From assembly GCA_963666565.1 (NCBI GenBank), contig OY762911.1, positions 608,001-672,000 on the forward strand: DNA of 64,000 nt, written 5' to 3'. Numbering within the stretch: the stretch's first letter is position 1; every line of letters starts with the position of its first letter. Position numbers and translations under genes: made by a program. The notes below the pieces were generated by a model. The model was given only the letters and a program-made list of their open reading frames with translations. It ran no database searches and had not been told where the DNA came from. Below are positions 12,377-22,117 of this stretch, one piece after another. The stretch is from Thermoanaerobaculia bacterium (GTDB lineage: Bacteria; Acidobacteriota; Thermoanaerobaculia; Multivoradales; Multivoraceae).

Positions 12377-13329
12377 GAGCCGCGATGGACCAGGAAGGCG
12401 ACCAGCGCCCGAAACGTCTCCCGCCGGGCGGGCAGCCCCTCGATCAGCGCCAGGCAGCGGTCCGCGGCCTGCCGCGCCTTCCCGCGGCTGGCCTCCAGGC
12501 CGAACAGGCCCGGATAGGTCAACTTGCCTGCCTGACGGTCCTTGCCCGGCGTCTTGCCGAGCGTCTCGGAACTGCCGACCTCGTCCAGGATGTCGTCGCC
12601 GATCTGAAACAGGAGACCCAGCTCGGCGCCGATCCTGCCGAGCTGTTCGACCGCCTCGGCGGCCGCGCCCGCGTAGACGCCGCCGAGCCGCATGGCGGCC
12701 TCGATCAGCGCGCCCGTCTTCAGCCGGTGGATCCGTTCCAGCGCCCCGGCGTCGGCGCCAAGCGGAGCCGGCCCTCGGCCGGCGCGTTTCCTGGCCGCCT
12801 TCGGCGGCAGCGGGTCGGACCCGCGCACCCAGCCCTCGTGCTGAAGATCGAAGACCTGGCCGCCGATCATCCCCGCCGTGCCGACCGCGTCCGCAGCCAG
12901 CCGGACCGCCTCCAGCCGGCGCTCCGGCGGCGCCGAGGCCGGTTCGCGGCTCAGGACCTCGTACGCCCGGTTCAGCAGGGCGTCGCCGGCGAGCACCGCC
13001 ATCGCCTCTCCCCGCGCGCGGTGCAGGGTCGGCCGCCCGCGCCGCAGGTCGTCGTCGTCCAGCGCCGGCAGGTCGTCGTGGATCAGGCTGAACGCGTGGA
13101 TCATCTCCAGAGCCGCGCCGCCGGCCAGCAGGTCCTCCCGCGCGGCCCCCCAGGCTTCGCCCGCGAGCACGACCAGGGCCGGCCGGACCCGCTTGCCGCC
13201 CGCGAACACGCTGTAGCGCATGGCGTCGTGGATCGCGGTCGGCTCGGTCTCCGCGCCGGGCAGCAGCCGGTCGAGCGCCGCGTCGATCTCCGGCCGGAGG
13301 GCCGACAGGAAGGACGGAAAGTCGCTCAC
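12373..13329 (-). CDS. ispA: Polyprenyl synthetase (farnesyl diphosphate synthase) with in-frame REP insertion
   Basis: GGKRVRP, SLIHDDLPALDDDDLRRGRPT, KTGAL, FQIGDDILD, GKTPGKD. Confidence 0.93.
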   Translation of the reverse strand: MSDFPSFLSALRPEIDAALDRLLPGAETEPTAIHDAMRYSVFAGGKRVRPALVVLAGEAWGAAREDLLAGGAALEMIHAFSLIHDDLPALDDDDLRRGRPTLHRARGEAMAVLAGDALLNRAYEVLSREPASAPPERRLEAVRLAADAVGTAGMIGGQVFDLQHEGWVRGSDPLPPKAARKRAGRGPAPLGADAGALERIHRLKTGALIEAAMRLGGVYAGAAAEAVEQLGRIGAELGLLFQIGDDILDEVGSSETLGKTPGKDRQAGKLTYPGLFGLEASRGKARQAADRCLALIEGLPARRETFRALVAFLVHRGS

Positions 13330-13613
13330 GCGCCGGGCGCCTGTCCACCCTCTCCGGCCGCTTCCGGCAGGACCTCGGGCGCCGGCAGGGCCTCGGCGAC
13401 CAGCATCACCGGCACGTCGCTCACGATCGGATAGACGAGACCCGATTCCCGGCACCAGAGCCCCTCCGTCACCACCGGTTCCTCGTCGTCGAAGTGCTCC
13501 CGGTAGCGGTCGACGAGCCGCGCGCACGCATCCGCGGGCAGCGGCACGGGTTCGAGCGCCCCCTTCGACCTGGGGCACACGAGGAGTTCGAGCAGTTCGG
13601 GATCGACCGGCAT
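13326..13613 (-). CDS. Trm112-like protein
   Basis: LLELLVCPRSKGAL...YPIVSDVPVMLVAEA. Confidence 0.85.
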   Translation of the reverse strand: MPVDPELLELLVCPRSKGALEPVPLPADACARLVDRYREHFDDEEPVVTEGLWCRESGLVYPIVSDVPVMLVAEALPAPEVLPEAAGEGGQAPGA

Positions 13614-13627
13614 CTACGGATTGCCTC

Positions 13628-14245
13628 CTACCTGGACCAGCGGAGAAGCAGGGAGTTCACCCCCGGGTTGCGACGATAGTAGGACGAATTCGACAGGTGG
13701 AAGAAACCGAAGCTCACGCGCGAGCCGCCGCGCAGCCGCCGGCCGACCGAGAGCCCCGAGCGGAACTCGAGCTCGCCGCCGATGTCCTTGCCGTCCCCCT
13801 CCTCGTAGAAACCGACCGAGGTGACCAGGTCGACGAACCAGGCGCGCCCGAAGTTGAACCGCTGGTCGGTGCCGGCGTAAAGGAAGAACGACTCGTCGGG
13901 AGTGACGAACGCCCCCACGTGCGGGCCCATCCCGTGGCACCAGTCCGCGCCGAACCGGTGCTCGACACCGACCTCGACCGTCTCGAAGTCCTTGCCGAAG
14001 TCGATCACGCCGGCGCTCAGGATCGGCCCGGCCTCGTCGGCTCGGCTCGGCCCTGCGTGCTCCCCGTCCGCGTTGCAGGCGAACGCCGCCGGGGCGGCCA
14101 GGCCCCCCAGCAACGCCAGCAGCGCCGACAACGGCAGCAGCCTCGACAACGGCGGCAGCCGCGGCAAAGGCGGCAGCCGCAGCAACGGCAGCCACTCCAA
14201 CGAACGCAGAACGCGCGCCACGTTGCGCGGACCTCTGTAGCGCAC
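13628..14245 (-). CDS. Acyloxyacyl hydrolase / PagL-like outer-membrane beta-barrel
   Basis: Signal peptide; C-terminal LEFRSG...FFHLSNS...NPGVNS motif; start inferred. Confidence 0.7.
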   Translation of the reverse strand: MRYRGPRNVARVLRSLEWLPLLRLPPLPRLPPLSRLLPLSALLALLGGLAAPAAFACNADGEHAGPSRADEAGPILSAGVIDFGKDFETVEVGVEHRFGADWCHGMGPHVGAFVTPDESFFLYAGTDQRFNFGRAWFVDLVTSVGFYEEGDGKDIGGELEFRSGLSVGRRLRGGSRVSFGFFHLSNSSYYRRNPGVNSLLLRWSR

Positions 14246-14278
14246 GGCCGCGTAGCCTACTCCGCATACAATGCGCGC

Positions 14279-15166
14279 GTGGACGAGACGCCGGCAGACC
14301 CGACCTCCGGAGATCCGGCGCGGCCGCCGATTTCGGCCCTGGTCACCACTTACAACGAGGAACGCCACATCGCCGACTGCCTGGCGTCCCTCGACTGGTG
14401 CGACGAGGTGCTCGTCGTCGACTCCTTCTCGACCGACCGCACGCCGGAGATCGCGCGCCGGTGCGAGCGCGCCCGCTTCGTGCAGCGCACCTACTACGGC
14501 TCCGCCTCGCAGAAGAACTGGGCGATGGACCAGACCCAGAACGAGTGGGTGCTCATCCTCGACGCCGACGAGCGCTGCACGCCCGAGCTTCGGGCGGAGA
14601 TCGAGGCCCTGTTCCGCGACGGCGAACCGGCCCACGAGGCCTACACGATCAAGCGCCGCGTGTTCTTCCTGGGCAAGGTGATCCGCTTCTCCGGCTGGCA
14701 GCACGACCGCGTGGTCCGGCTGCTCCGGCGCGACGCCGGCCGCTACCCGAACCGCCGCGTCCACGCCGACATGTGGACCCGGACGCCGGCGCACGTGCTG
14801 CGGCGCCCCATGGACCACTTCATGGTCGACGACCTGCTCTCCTACTCCCGGAGGATCCAGCGCTACAGTTGGTGGGGCGCGGCGCAGCTCTGGCGGGACG
14901 GTCGCCGGTCCGGCGCAACCGAGGTCCTGGGCCGTTCGCTCTGGCGTTTCCTGCGCACCTACGGCCTGCAGTTCGGCATCCTCGACGGCATGCGCGGCCT
15001 CGTGTTCTGCCTGCTCCAGGCCTACGGCACCTATCTCAAGTGGTCCTACGTCTGGTCCTGGCGCGTGAACCGGCGCCGCGGCATCGAGCCGCCCCTGCCG
15101 TCCTTCGACGACAGCAAGAGCACCTGGCGCGGCCTGACCGAACTCGAACCCGGAACCGCCAAGTAG
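14279..15166 (+). CDS. Glycosyltransferase family 2 (LPS beta-1,4-glucosyltransferase-like)
   Basis: TYNEE, VVDSFSTD, QKNWA, ILDADE; GTG start 6 nt after TACAAT. Confidence 0.88.
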   Translation: MDETPADPTSGDPARPPISALVTTYNEERHIADCLASLDWCDEVLVVDSFSTDRTPEIARRCERARFVQRTYYGSASQKNWAMDQTQNEWVLILDADERCTPELRAEIEALFRDGEPAHEAYTIKRRVFFLGKVIRFSGWQHDRVVRLLRRDAGRYPNRRVHADMWTRTPAHVLRRPMDHFMVDDLLSYSRRIQRYSWWGAAQLWRDGRRSGATEVLGRSLWRFLRTYGLQFGILDGMRGLVFCLLQAYGTYLKWSYVWSWRVNRRRGIEPPLPSFDDSKSTWRGLTELEPGTAK

Positions 15167-15208
15167 CGCGGCTCACCGCGGCCGGGTGCGCGGGTTCTCC
15201 GACCCACC

Positions 15209-15316
15209 GGGTGCGCGGGTCTGTCATCCGTGCGCCCGCTGACGGGCGCACGGACTGAGACGCGTGTGGCGCGGATCGCGCCACACGGGTGCCGACCCGC
15301 TGCCGCCGAAGGCGGC
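15209..15316. repeat. Loop-expanded composite REP element, copy 1
   Basis: REP arms GCGGGTC...GACCCGC enclose two hairpins; homologous to 21327-21434; a degenerate REP precedes it at 15184-15206. Confidence 0.8.
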
Positions 15317-15331
15317 CAGGAATCCGCCGGT

Positions 15332-16123
15332 CTACCGCCCAGGCTCCTCGATCAGCAGCGACTCGATCCCCGTCGCCCTGCCCGTCGTCTCGTCCGCGTC
15401 GACCAGCGCCGCCGCCAGGCGGACGTCCCGCTTCGCCACCTCGAAGCCGGCCCGCGTGTTCAGCAGGAACCGCTTGAGCGCCTTGTCGGCGCGCACGCCG
15501 ATCACCGAGTCGTAAGGACCGGTCATGCCGACGTCCGTCATCAGGGCCGTGCCGCTCCTGAGGATGCGGGCGTCGGCGGTGGGGACGTGGGTGTGGGTGC
15601 CGAGCACCGCGGTCACCCGGCCGTCGAGGTAGTGCGCGAACGCCTGCTTCTCGCTCGTCGCCTCGGCGTGGAAGTCGACGATGACGATCCGGATCGCCGG
15701 GTCCAGGTCCGCCAGGATCGAGTCGGCGGCGGCGAAAGGCGAGGGGAGCGGCTTCATGAAGGTCTGGCCCTCCAGGTTGATCACCGCGTACGGAGTGCCC
15801 ACCGGCAGCTCGCCGACGAAGACCCCGACCCCGGGGTTACCCTCCGGGTAGTTCGCGGGCCGCAGCAGGTTGGGCATCCGGTCGTAGTACGGCACGCCCT
15901 CCTTCTTGTCCCAGGCGTGGTTGCCGGTCGTCATGCAGTCGATCGGCAGCGCAGAGAGTTCCTTGAGCACCCCGGGCGTCACGCCGCTGCCGCCGGCGGC
16001 GTTCTCGACGTTGACCACCGCGGCGTCGACCCGGTGGCGATCGATCAGCTCCGGCAGCAGGCGCGACAGCGCCCGGCGCCCCGGCTTGCCGACCACGTCG
16101 CCGACGAAGAGGAAGCGCGCCAT
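15332..16123 (-). CDS. ymdB: YmdB/TIGR00282 metallophosphoesterase
   Basis: GDVVGKPGR, NVENAAGG, TGNH, DFHAEATSEK, GTHTHV, DVGMTGP. Confidence 0.95.
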   Translation of the reverse strand: MARFLFVGDVVGKPGRRALSRLLPELIDRHRVDAAVVNVENAAGGSGVTPGVLKELSALPIDCMTTGNHAWDKKEGVPYYDRMPNLLRPANYPEGNPGVGVFVGELPVGTPYAVINLEGQTFMKPLPSPFAAADSILADLDPAIRIVIVDFHAEATSEKQAFAHYLDGRVTAVLGTHTHVPTADARILRSGTALMTDVGMTGPYDSVIGVRADKALKRFLLNTRAGFEVAKRDVRLAAALVDADETTGRATGIESLLIEEPGR

Positions 16124-16127
16124 CGTC

Positions 16128-17696
16128 TCAGCGGGCGTACTCGATCGACCGCGATTCCCGGATCACGGTGACCTTGATCTGGCCCGGATAGGTGAGTTCG
16201 CTCTCGATCCGGCGCGCCACGTCGCGGCTGAGCCAGACCGCCTGCTCGTCGCTGACCTCCTTGCAGTCGACGATGACCCGCACTTCGCGGCCGGCCTGGA
16301 TCGCGTAGCTCTTCCGGACGCCCTTGAACTCCGCCGCCAGGTCCTCCAGCTTCTTCAGCCGCTTCGTGTAGCTCTCCAGGACCTCCCGCCGGGCGCCGGG
16401 ACGGGCGGCGGACACCGCGTCGGCGGCGGTGACGAGGACCGCCTCGACCGTCTCCGGGTCGTAGTCGCCGTGGTGGCAGGCCATCGCGTGGACGACCTCC
16501 TCGCTCTCGCCGTAGCGGCGGAGCAGGTCGATGCCGATCTCGAGGTGGGTGCCGTCGATCTCCCGGTCCACCGCCTTGCCGATGTCATGGACCAGGCCCG
16601 CGCGTTTGGCAACGTGGACGTCGGCCTTCAGCTCGCCCGCCATGACGCCGGCCAGGTAGGCGACCTCCTTGCTGTGCTGCAGCACGTTCTGGCCGTACGA
16701 CGTGCGGAACCGCAGCCGGCCCAGCAGCGTGACGAGGTCCGGATGAAGGCCGGACAGGTTCAGCTCCAGCAGCGCCTCGCTGCCCTCGCGCTGCACCCGG
16801 TCCTCGAACTCCGACTTGACCTTGGCGGCGACTTCCTCGATGCGGGCGGGGTGGATGCGGCCGTCGGCGATCAGCCGTTCCAGGGTGACGCGCGCGATCT
16901 CCCGGCGGAACGGGTCGAAGCCGGAGAGGATGACCGCCTCCGGCGTGTCGTCGACGATCAGGTCGACGCCGGTGGTCAGTTCCAGGGCGCGGATGTTCCG
17001 TCCTTCGCGGCCGATGATCCGCCCCTTCATCTCGTCGTTCGGCAGCATGACGACCGAGACCGTGGTCTCCGAAACGTAGTCGGACGCCGAACGCTCGATG
17101 GCGAGGCTGACGATGCGCTGGGCCTCGCGCTGCGCCGACTCCCGCGCCTCGTCCTCGATCCGTTTCGCCAGGTGCGCGGCCTCCATCCGCACCTCGTGCT
17201 CCAGGCTGTGGCTCAGTTCCTCGCGGGCCTGCTGGACCGTCAGGCCGGAAACCCGTTCGAGCTGACGGCGGACCTCCTCCAGCCGCTGCGCGGCTTCGGC
17301 GCGTTCCGCTTCGAGTTCGCCCTGGGCATCCCCGAGCGCCCGCTGCCGGCCGTTCAGTTCCCGCTCGAGCGACTCCAGCGCCGCGGACTTCTCGCGGGAT
17401 CGCGCGCGGCGCTCGTTCAGCTTCCGCTCGCGCTCCTCCATCGCCCGGCGCTGCTCCGAGGTGGAGCGTTCGAACTCGGAGCGCAACGTGAGCAACTCCT
17501 CCTTCGCCGACAACTCCTGCTGCCGGCGCCGCGCGGCGCACTCGCGCTCGGTCTCTTCGACGAGGACGCCGGCCTGGCGCCTCGCCTCTTCGATCAGCTT
17601 CGCGGCGCTACGCCGTCCGACAAGGCTCCAAAGCAACCAGGCCGCCGCCAGCGTCGCCAGGGCGGCGCCCGCGACAATGAGAGTGAGTTCGGTCAT
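16128..17696 (-). CDS. rny: Ribonuclease Y
   Basis: N-terminal TM, coiled coil, KH ([14 protein letters not shown]), HD domain (VHDIGK), [12 protein letters not shown]. Confidence 0.97.
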   Translation of the reverse strand: MTELTLIVAGAALATLAAAWLLWSLVGRRSAAKLIEEARRQAGVLVEETERECAARRRQQELSAKEELLTLRSEFERSTSEQRRAMEERERKLNERRARSREKSAALESLERELNGRQRALGDAQGELEAERAEAAQRLEEVRRQLERVSGLTVQQAREELSHSLEHEVRMEAAHLAKRIEDEARESAQREAQRIVSLAIERSASDYVSETTVSVVMLPNDEMKGRIIGREGRNIRALELTTGVDLIVDDTPEAVILSGFDPFRREIARVTLERLIADGRIHPARIEEVAAKVKSEFEDRVQREGSEALLELNLSGLHPDLVTLLGRLRFRTSYGQNVLQHSKEVAYLAGVMAGELKADVHVAKRAGLVHDIGKAVDREIDGTHLEIGIDLLRRYGESEEVVHAMACHHGDYDPETVEAVLVTAADAVSAARPGARREVLESYTKRLKKLEDLAAEFKGVRKSYAIQAGREVRVIVDCKEVSDEQAVWLSRDVARRIESELTYPGQIKVTVIRESRSIEYAR

Positions 17697-17719
17697 CGGC
17701 CCTCGATACGGGCAAAAGG

Positions 17720-17907
17720 GCATCCCCCGCGGGGCCGTGTGAACGAGCCCCGACAAAGAACCAGAGCGGGACCAGGTGGGTGTCCGCGCCACCCGCCGTC
17801 AGCGTCCCCGTTCGAGCGGGGCTGGCACGGGCGAGCGGTTGAAGGACTCCCTTGACAAGAGCGATGGTTCCAACCACGGCTTTCATCACGAACCGCGCAG
17901 GGGATGC
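17720..17907 (-). ncRNA. ssrS: 6S RNA
   Basis: 188 nt between zapA and rny, the typical 6S position; ends pair (GCATCCCC...GGGGATGC); internal GAACC...CAAGGGAG...CACCCACCTG...GGTTC fits a long hairpin with central bubble. Confidence 0.82.
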
Positions 17908-17931
17908 AAGGTCATTACGTTTCGGGCACGG

Positions 17932-18252
17932 TCAGGCGTCGACTGCGGCTTCCAGCTCGGAGGTCAGGCTCGACACCCGCGCCACCAGTTCCCGGTAGCG
18001 CTCGTCGCCGGCCTCCTCGCCGCCGTTGCCGGCCTCGTTGGCGAGATTCAGGGCGGCGAGGACGGCGACCTGGTTCGGTTCCAGGTCAGGCGCCTGATCG
18101 GCCACCTCCCGCATCTTGCGGTCCACCCTCTCCGCGAGTACGCGAAGCCGGCCCGCATCCACCGTCCCGTCCTCGCGGAGAGAGTACGAAACGCCGAAGA
18201 TCTCGACCGCGACAGTCGTCGCAACTTCCTCCTGGCGTTCGTCTTGGGCCAT
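17932..18252 (-). CDS. zapA: Cell division protein ZapA
   Basis: VEIFGVSYSL, LAERVDRKMREV, VAVLAALNLANE. Confidence 0.9.
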   Translation of the reverse strand: MAQDERQEEVATTVAVEIFGVSYSLREDGTVDAGRLRVLAERVDRKMREVADQAPDLEPNQVAVLAALNLANEAGNGGEEAGDERYRELVARVSSLTSELEAAVDA

Positions 18253-18379
18253 TCCTCGACACCTCGGTGGGCCGGCACTATACCAGCCCGTCAAGGGAGC
18301 CGGTCCCTGCCGGTGCGCGGGTCTTTGGACCGGCCAGCCCGTCAGGCCGGCTCCTTGAGGGCGACCAGTGCCGTGCGCG

Positions 18380-18595
18380 TCAGGAATCGCTCTCGGCGAG
18401 CAGCTCCTCGAGTCCGTCCGCCAGGGCTTCGACCCGCTGGCCGATCTCGGACCGCTCCTCGGCGGCCCGCTTCTCCGCCGCCTCGAGGTCGGCGGTCAGC
18501 TTCCGGTTCCGCTCCCGCTCCGCCGCCAGCGCCTCCGCGGCGCGCCGGACCGCCTCCTCGAGGCGGGCGACGGCGTCGGCGGCTTCCTCGGACAT
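18380..18595 (-). CDS. Small coiled-coil protein (ZapB-like)
   Basis: 71-aa coiled coil directly upstream of zapA. Confidence 0.6.
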   Translation of the reverse strand: MSEEAADAVARLEEAVRRAAEALAAERERNRKLTADLEAAEKRAAEERSEIGQRVEALADGLEELLAESDS

Positions 18596-18978
18596 CAGGA
18601 CGAGGCGCCCGAACCGGCGCCCGCTTCGAGCGCTCCCCGCGCGGCCGCGGCGACGGCGGCGAATCCCTCGGCGTCCCGCACCGCGAGATCGGCGAGCATC
18701 TTCCGGTTCAACTCGACGCCGGCAAGCCGGAGTCCCGACATCAGCCGGCTGTAGGACAGCCCGTTCAGCCGCGCGGCGGCGTTGATCCGGACGATCCAGA
18801 GACTCCGGAACTGGCGCTTCCGCTGCCGCCGGTCGCGGTACGCGTAGGCGAGCGACCGGTCGACCGCCTGCTTCGCTATCCGGTGGCCCTTCGACTTGAC
18901 GCCGTAGTAGCCCTTCGCCTGCTTGAGAATCTTCTTCCGCCGGCGGGCTCGCCGGCTACCCCGCTTCACTCTTGCCAT
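18595..18978 (-). CDS. rplT: 50S ribosomal protein L20
   Basis: [46 protein letters not shown]. Confidence 0.98.
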   Translation of the reverse strand: MARVKRGSRRARRRKKILKQAKGYYGVKSKGHRIAKQAVDRSLAYAYRDRRQRKRQFRSLWIVRINAAARLNGLSYSRLMSGLRLAGVELNRKMLADLAVRDAEGFAAVAAAARGALEAGAGSGASS

Positions 18979-19090
18979 CGTCTCCGCCCCCGTAGCTCCC
19001 GTTCAGGCGGTCGGGCCGCCGGAACCCCTGCCGCGGCGTTCCGGTCCCGGTGCAACCCGCCTCGCCGGACGCCTGCGCGCAGGCGTCTCG

Positions 19091-19282
19091 TCAGTTGAGC
19101 ATCCCCTTGATCGCCTTGGCGAAACCGCCGGCGACGTCTGCCTGCTTGCGCAGCTTCCGCTTCCGGCCCTGCGCCTTCTTGGTCTGCATGTGGTTCATCA
19201 TCGAGTGCCTGCGCTTCACCTTGCCCTTGGCGGTGAGCTTGAAGCGCTTGGCCGCTCCACGGTGCGTCTTCTGCTTGGGCAT
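19091..19282 (-). CDS. rpmI: 50S ribosomal protein L35
   Basis: [21 protein letters not shown]; AGGAGG RBS. Confidence 0.97.
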   Translation of the reverse strand: MPKQKTHRGAAKRFKLTAKGKVKRRHSMMNHMQTKKAQGRKRKLRKQADVAGGFAKAIKGMLN

Positions 19283-19551
19283 TCCAGAGCCTCCTGTGGG
19301 GCTCGGAGGAGCCGCCGAACGGCGCATGTTAGCCGGAAACGCGGCTCCGGGCTAGTGGCGCGGGCGCGACGACGGCAGCGCAACGACGGCGGTTCAGGCC
19401 GCCGGCGTTGGGACCGGAGGGGGAGGGTCCCGCCGCTGGCTGGACGTCGTCGGGCCGCGCCAACAGCGGCGCGGCAGGGCAGCTGTCGCGGCCACGAACC
19501 CCGCGCACAGGCAGCCGCGCCGGCTACGACCCCCTGTGCGACAATGAACGC

Positions 19552-21144
19552 GTGCGCTTCTTCAACACGGAGGGGCCGGTACGGGCCGAGGATCACTACT
19601 GCATCCCGCCGCTGGATCGCCTCGATCTCGAGGAGGTTCTCGCCCTCATCCGGCAGAAGCGCTACTTCGTCCTCCACGCGCCCAGGCAAACGGGGAAGAC
19701 CTCCGCGCTGCTGGCTCTGCGCGACCTGCTCAACGGCGGTCGGGCCGGCGACTACCGGTGCCTCTACGCGAACTTCGAGGTAGCCCAGGCGGCGCGGGAA
19801 GACCTCGACCGGGCGATGCGGGCGATCCTCGCCCAGTTGGGCGGCAGGGCACGCCGCTCACTCGGCGACGAGTCGCTCGACCGCGCCTGGCCGGAGGCGC
19901 TCGACCAGGGAGGCCCCGACGCGGCCCTGAAGGAGACCCTCAGCCGGTTCTGCGAGGCCGACTCCCGTCCGGTCGTGCTGCTGATCGACGAAATCGACTC
20001 GCTGGTCGGCGACTCCCTGCTCTCCGTCCTGCGCCAATTGCGCGCCGGCTACGACGAACGCCCGGAGGCGTTTCCGCAGAGCATCGTCCTCTGCGGGGTG
20101 CGCGACGTGCGCGACTACCGCATCCGGTCGAGCGCCGAAGGCGCGGTCGTGCTCGGCGGCAGCGCCTTCAACGTGAAGGCGCGGTCTCTCCGGCTGGGCG
20201 ATTTCACCGAAGAGGAGACGATTGCCCTCCTCCGTCAGCATACGGAAGAGACCGGACAGACCTTCGAACCGGCGGCCATCGAACTGGTTCATCGGCGGAC
20301 GGCCGGCCAACCGTGGCTCGTGAACGCGCTCTGCCGCGAAGCGTGCTTCGACGACGAGGCGGGGCGCGACCGCTCCCGGCCGGTCACCGGGGTGTCCGTG
20401 CTGCGGGCGCAGGAAACTCTGATCGCGTCGCGGGAAACGCATCTCGACAACCTGGCCGACAAGCTCCGCGACGACCGCGTGCGCCGGGTCGTCGCGCCGA
20501 TGCTCGCCGGCGACGATTCGCGGCGCGCCTACGCGGAACGGGACCGCGACCTGGAGTACGCGCGCGACCTCGGCCTGGTCGCCCGCGGCGGACCGCCGAG
20601 AATCGCCAACCCGATCTACGCGGAGGTCGTCCCTCGCGAACTGACCTTCGTGACCCAGGACGACATCCCTCACGAGGCCGCCTGGTACGTGGACGCCCAA
20701 GGCGGCCTGGACGTGGACCGTCTCATGGCCGCCTTCCAGGAGTTCTTCCGCCAGAACAGCGAGCACTGGGTTCAGCGCTTCGACCGCTATCACGAGGCGG
20801 GACCGCAACTCCTCCTGCAGGCCTTCCTCCACCGGATCGTCAACGGCGGCGGCCGTCTCGAACGCGAGTACGCCCTGGGCCGCGGCCGGGTCGACCTGCT
20901 CATCCTCTGGCCCGGGGCCCACCGGGAACAGCGCACCGTCGTCGAGTGCAAGGTCCGCCGGGGCGACCTCGAGCGTTGCATCGCCGAAGGCGTCGACCAG
21001 ACCCGCGGCTACATGGACCGCTGCGGCGCCGACGCCGGCCACCTCGTCGTGTTCGACCGTTCGCCCGACCGCACCTGGAAACAGAAGCTCTTTCGCCGGG
21101 CGCCCTCAGGCGAGGGCGCGCCGGTCACCGTGTGGGGGATGTAG
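19552..21144 (+). CDS. AAA ATPase with C-terminal PD-(D/E)XK nuclease-like domain
   Basis: RFFNTEGP start, Walker A APRQTGKTS, Walker B LLIDEID, C-terminal EREY...GRVDLLI...VVECK. Confidence 0.82.
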   Translation: MRFFNTEGPVRAEDHYCIPPLDRLDLEEVLALIRQKRYFVLHAPRQTGKTSALLALRDLLNGGRAGDYRCLYANFEVAQAAREDLDRAMRAILAQLGGRARRSLGDESLDRAWPEALDQGGPDAALKETLSRFCEADSRPVVLLIDEIDSLVGDSLLSVLRQLRAGYDERPEAFPQSIVLCGVRDVRDYRIRSSAEGAVVLGGSAFNVKARSLRLGDFTEEETIALLRQHTEETGQTFEPAAIELVHRRTAGQPWLVNALCREACFDDEAGRDRSRPVTGVSVLRAQETLIASRETHLDNLADKLRDDRVRRVVAPMLAGDDSRRAYAERDRDLEYARDLGLVARGGPPRIANPIYAEVVPRELTFVTQDDIPHEAAWYVDAQGGLDVDRLMAAFQEFFRQNSEHWVQRFDRYHEAGPQLLLQAFLHRIVNGGGRLEREYALGRGRVDLLILWPGAHREQRTVVECKVRRGDLERCIAEGVDQTRGYMDRCGADAGHLVVFDRSPDRTWKQKLFRRAPSGEGAPVTVWGM

Positions 21145-21326
21145 GGGAAGGACACCAAGCGACATGACGGCGGCGGACTGCGCCGCCAGCAGCGGTTGTG
21201 CCGCCGGCAACGGAGCCGGCTGGACGACGTCGCGCCGCGTGGCCCGGAACCGGAGTGACACAAGTCCCGCGCGCGGGTCCGTCTCAGCTGAATGGCCGCG
21301 TCTCAGTGCGTGTCGCGGTGGGTGCC

Positions 21327-21434
21327 GGTGCGCGGGTCTGCCATCCGTGCGCCCGCCGACGGGCGCACGGCCTGAGATGCGTTCGCCGCGGATCGCGCTT
21401 AAACAGGTGCTGACCCGCTGCCGTCGAAGGCGGC
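21327..21434. repeat. Loop-expanded composite REP element, copy 2
   Basis: Aligns with 15209-15316 (GGTGCGCGGGTCTG.CATCCGTGCGCCCGC.GACGGGCGCACGG.CTGAGA...GACCCGCTGCCG.CGAAGGCGGC). Confidence 0.8.
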
Positions 21435-21443
21435 TAAGGAGTC

Positions 21444-22109
21444 TCAAGCGGTGCGCGTCGTACGGCAGCGTCTCCAGTTCCGGGTCCAGTGCCGATCCGT
21501 CTGGACGTGGCCCGCCCGGACGCTCTTGCACACCGACCGGCTGAACTCGGACGCCGGAAACGAGTGCGCCAGCCGAACGACGACGCCTTCTCGTTCGCCG
21601 CCCAGGGCCGAGGGCTCCGCTTGGGCCTCTTCCACGAAGCCGCGCAGGTCGTTCTCCGACCGGAAGACACCCTCGAAGAGGACCGGCACCACCGGAATCT
21701 CGCGCTGTCCCGCGAACTCGGCGAGTTCCTTGAAGGACGCGAAGCGATCGCTGTCGTCCCGGAGGGCGAAGGCGTAGAACGTCTCGTCCTCCCGTACCGG
21801 CTCGTATTCGATGCTGTGGACGCCGTAGATGTCCTCGCCGTAGAGGAAAACGTCGGGCTCGGTGAGCTTCCAGGCGTGGTACTTCTTCACCATCGCCATC
21901 CAATTGGCCGACGTCGGAGCGCTCACGCTGCGCCCGTAGACGGCGCGCCGGTGCAACAGCGTGCTGCTTCCGTCCAGCTTCTCCGTGACCACGACCGGCT
22001 CCCCAACAAAACGAGGGGCATCGACGAGACGGCCCGCGTCGCCAACGAAAGGCGAATAAGGCCAGTATGGCGTGCGGGGGTACTTGGATGGTGTAGCGGA
22101 CACGAGCAA
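21444..22109 (-). CDS. ATP-dependent RNA ligase family protein (Rnl2-like nucleotidyltransferase domain)
   Basis: KYPRTP N-terminus, motif I TEKLDGS, LYGE, FYAF, motif IV EGVVVR, motif V CKSVR. Confidence 0.85.
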   Translation of the reverse strand: MLVSATPSKYPRTPYWPYSPFVGDAGRLVDAPRFVGEPVVVTEKLDGSSTLLHRRAVYGRSVSAPTSANWMAMVKKYHAWKLTEPDVFLYGEDIYGVHSIEYEPVREDETFYAFALRDDSDRFASFKELAEFAGQREIPVVPVLFEGVFRSENDLRGFVEEAQAEPSALGGEREGVVVRLAHSFPASEFSRSVCKSVRAGHVQTDRHWTRNWRRCRTTRTA

Positions 22110-22117
22110 ATCTCTTG

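Noticed and set aside
14105-14200. 18-bp tandem repeats in the pagL-like signal region and a 42-bp duplication in the accB linker (49469/49511)
   Set aside because: Real, but ordinary slippage in tolerant low-complexity segments; no evidence of phase variation.
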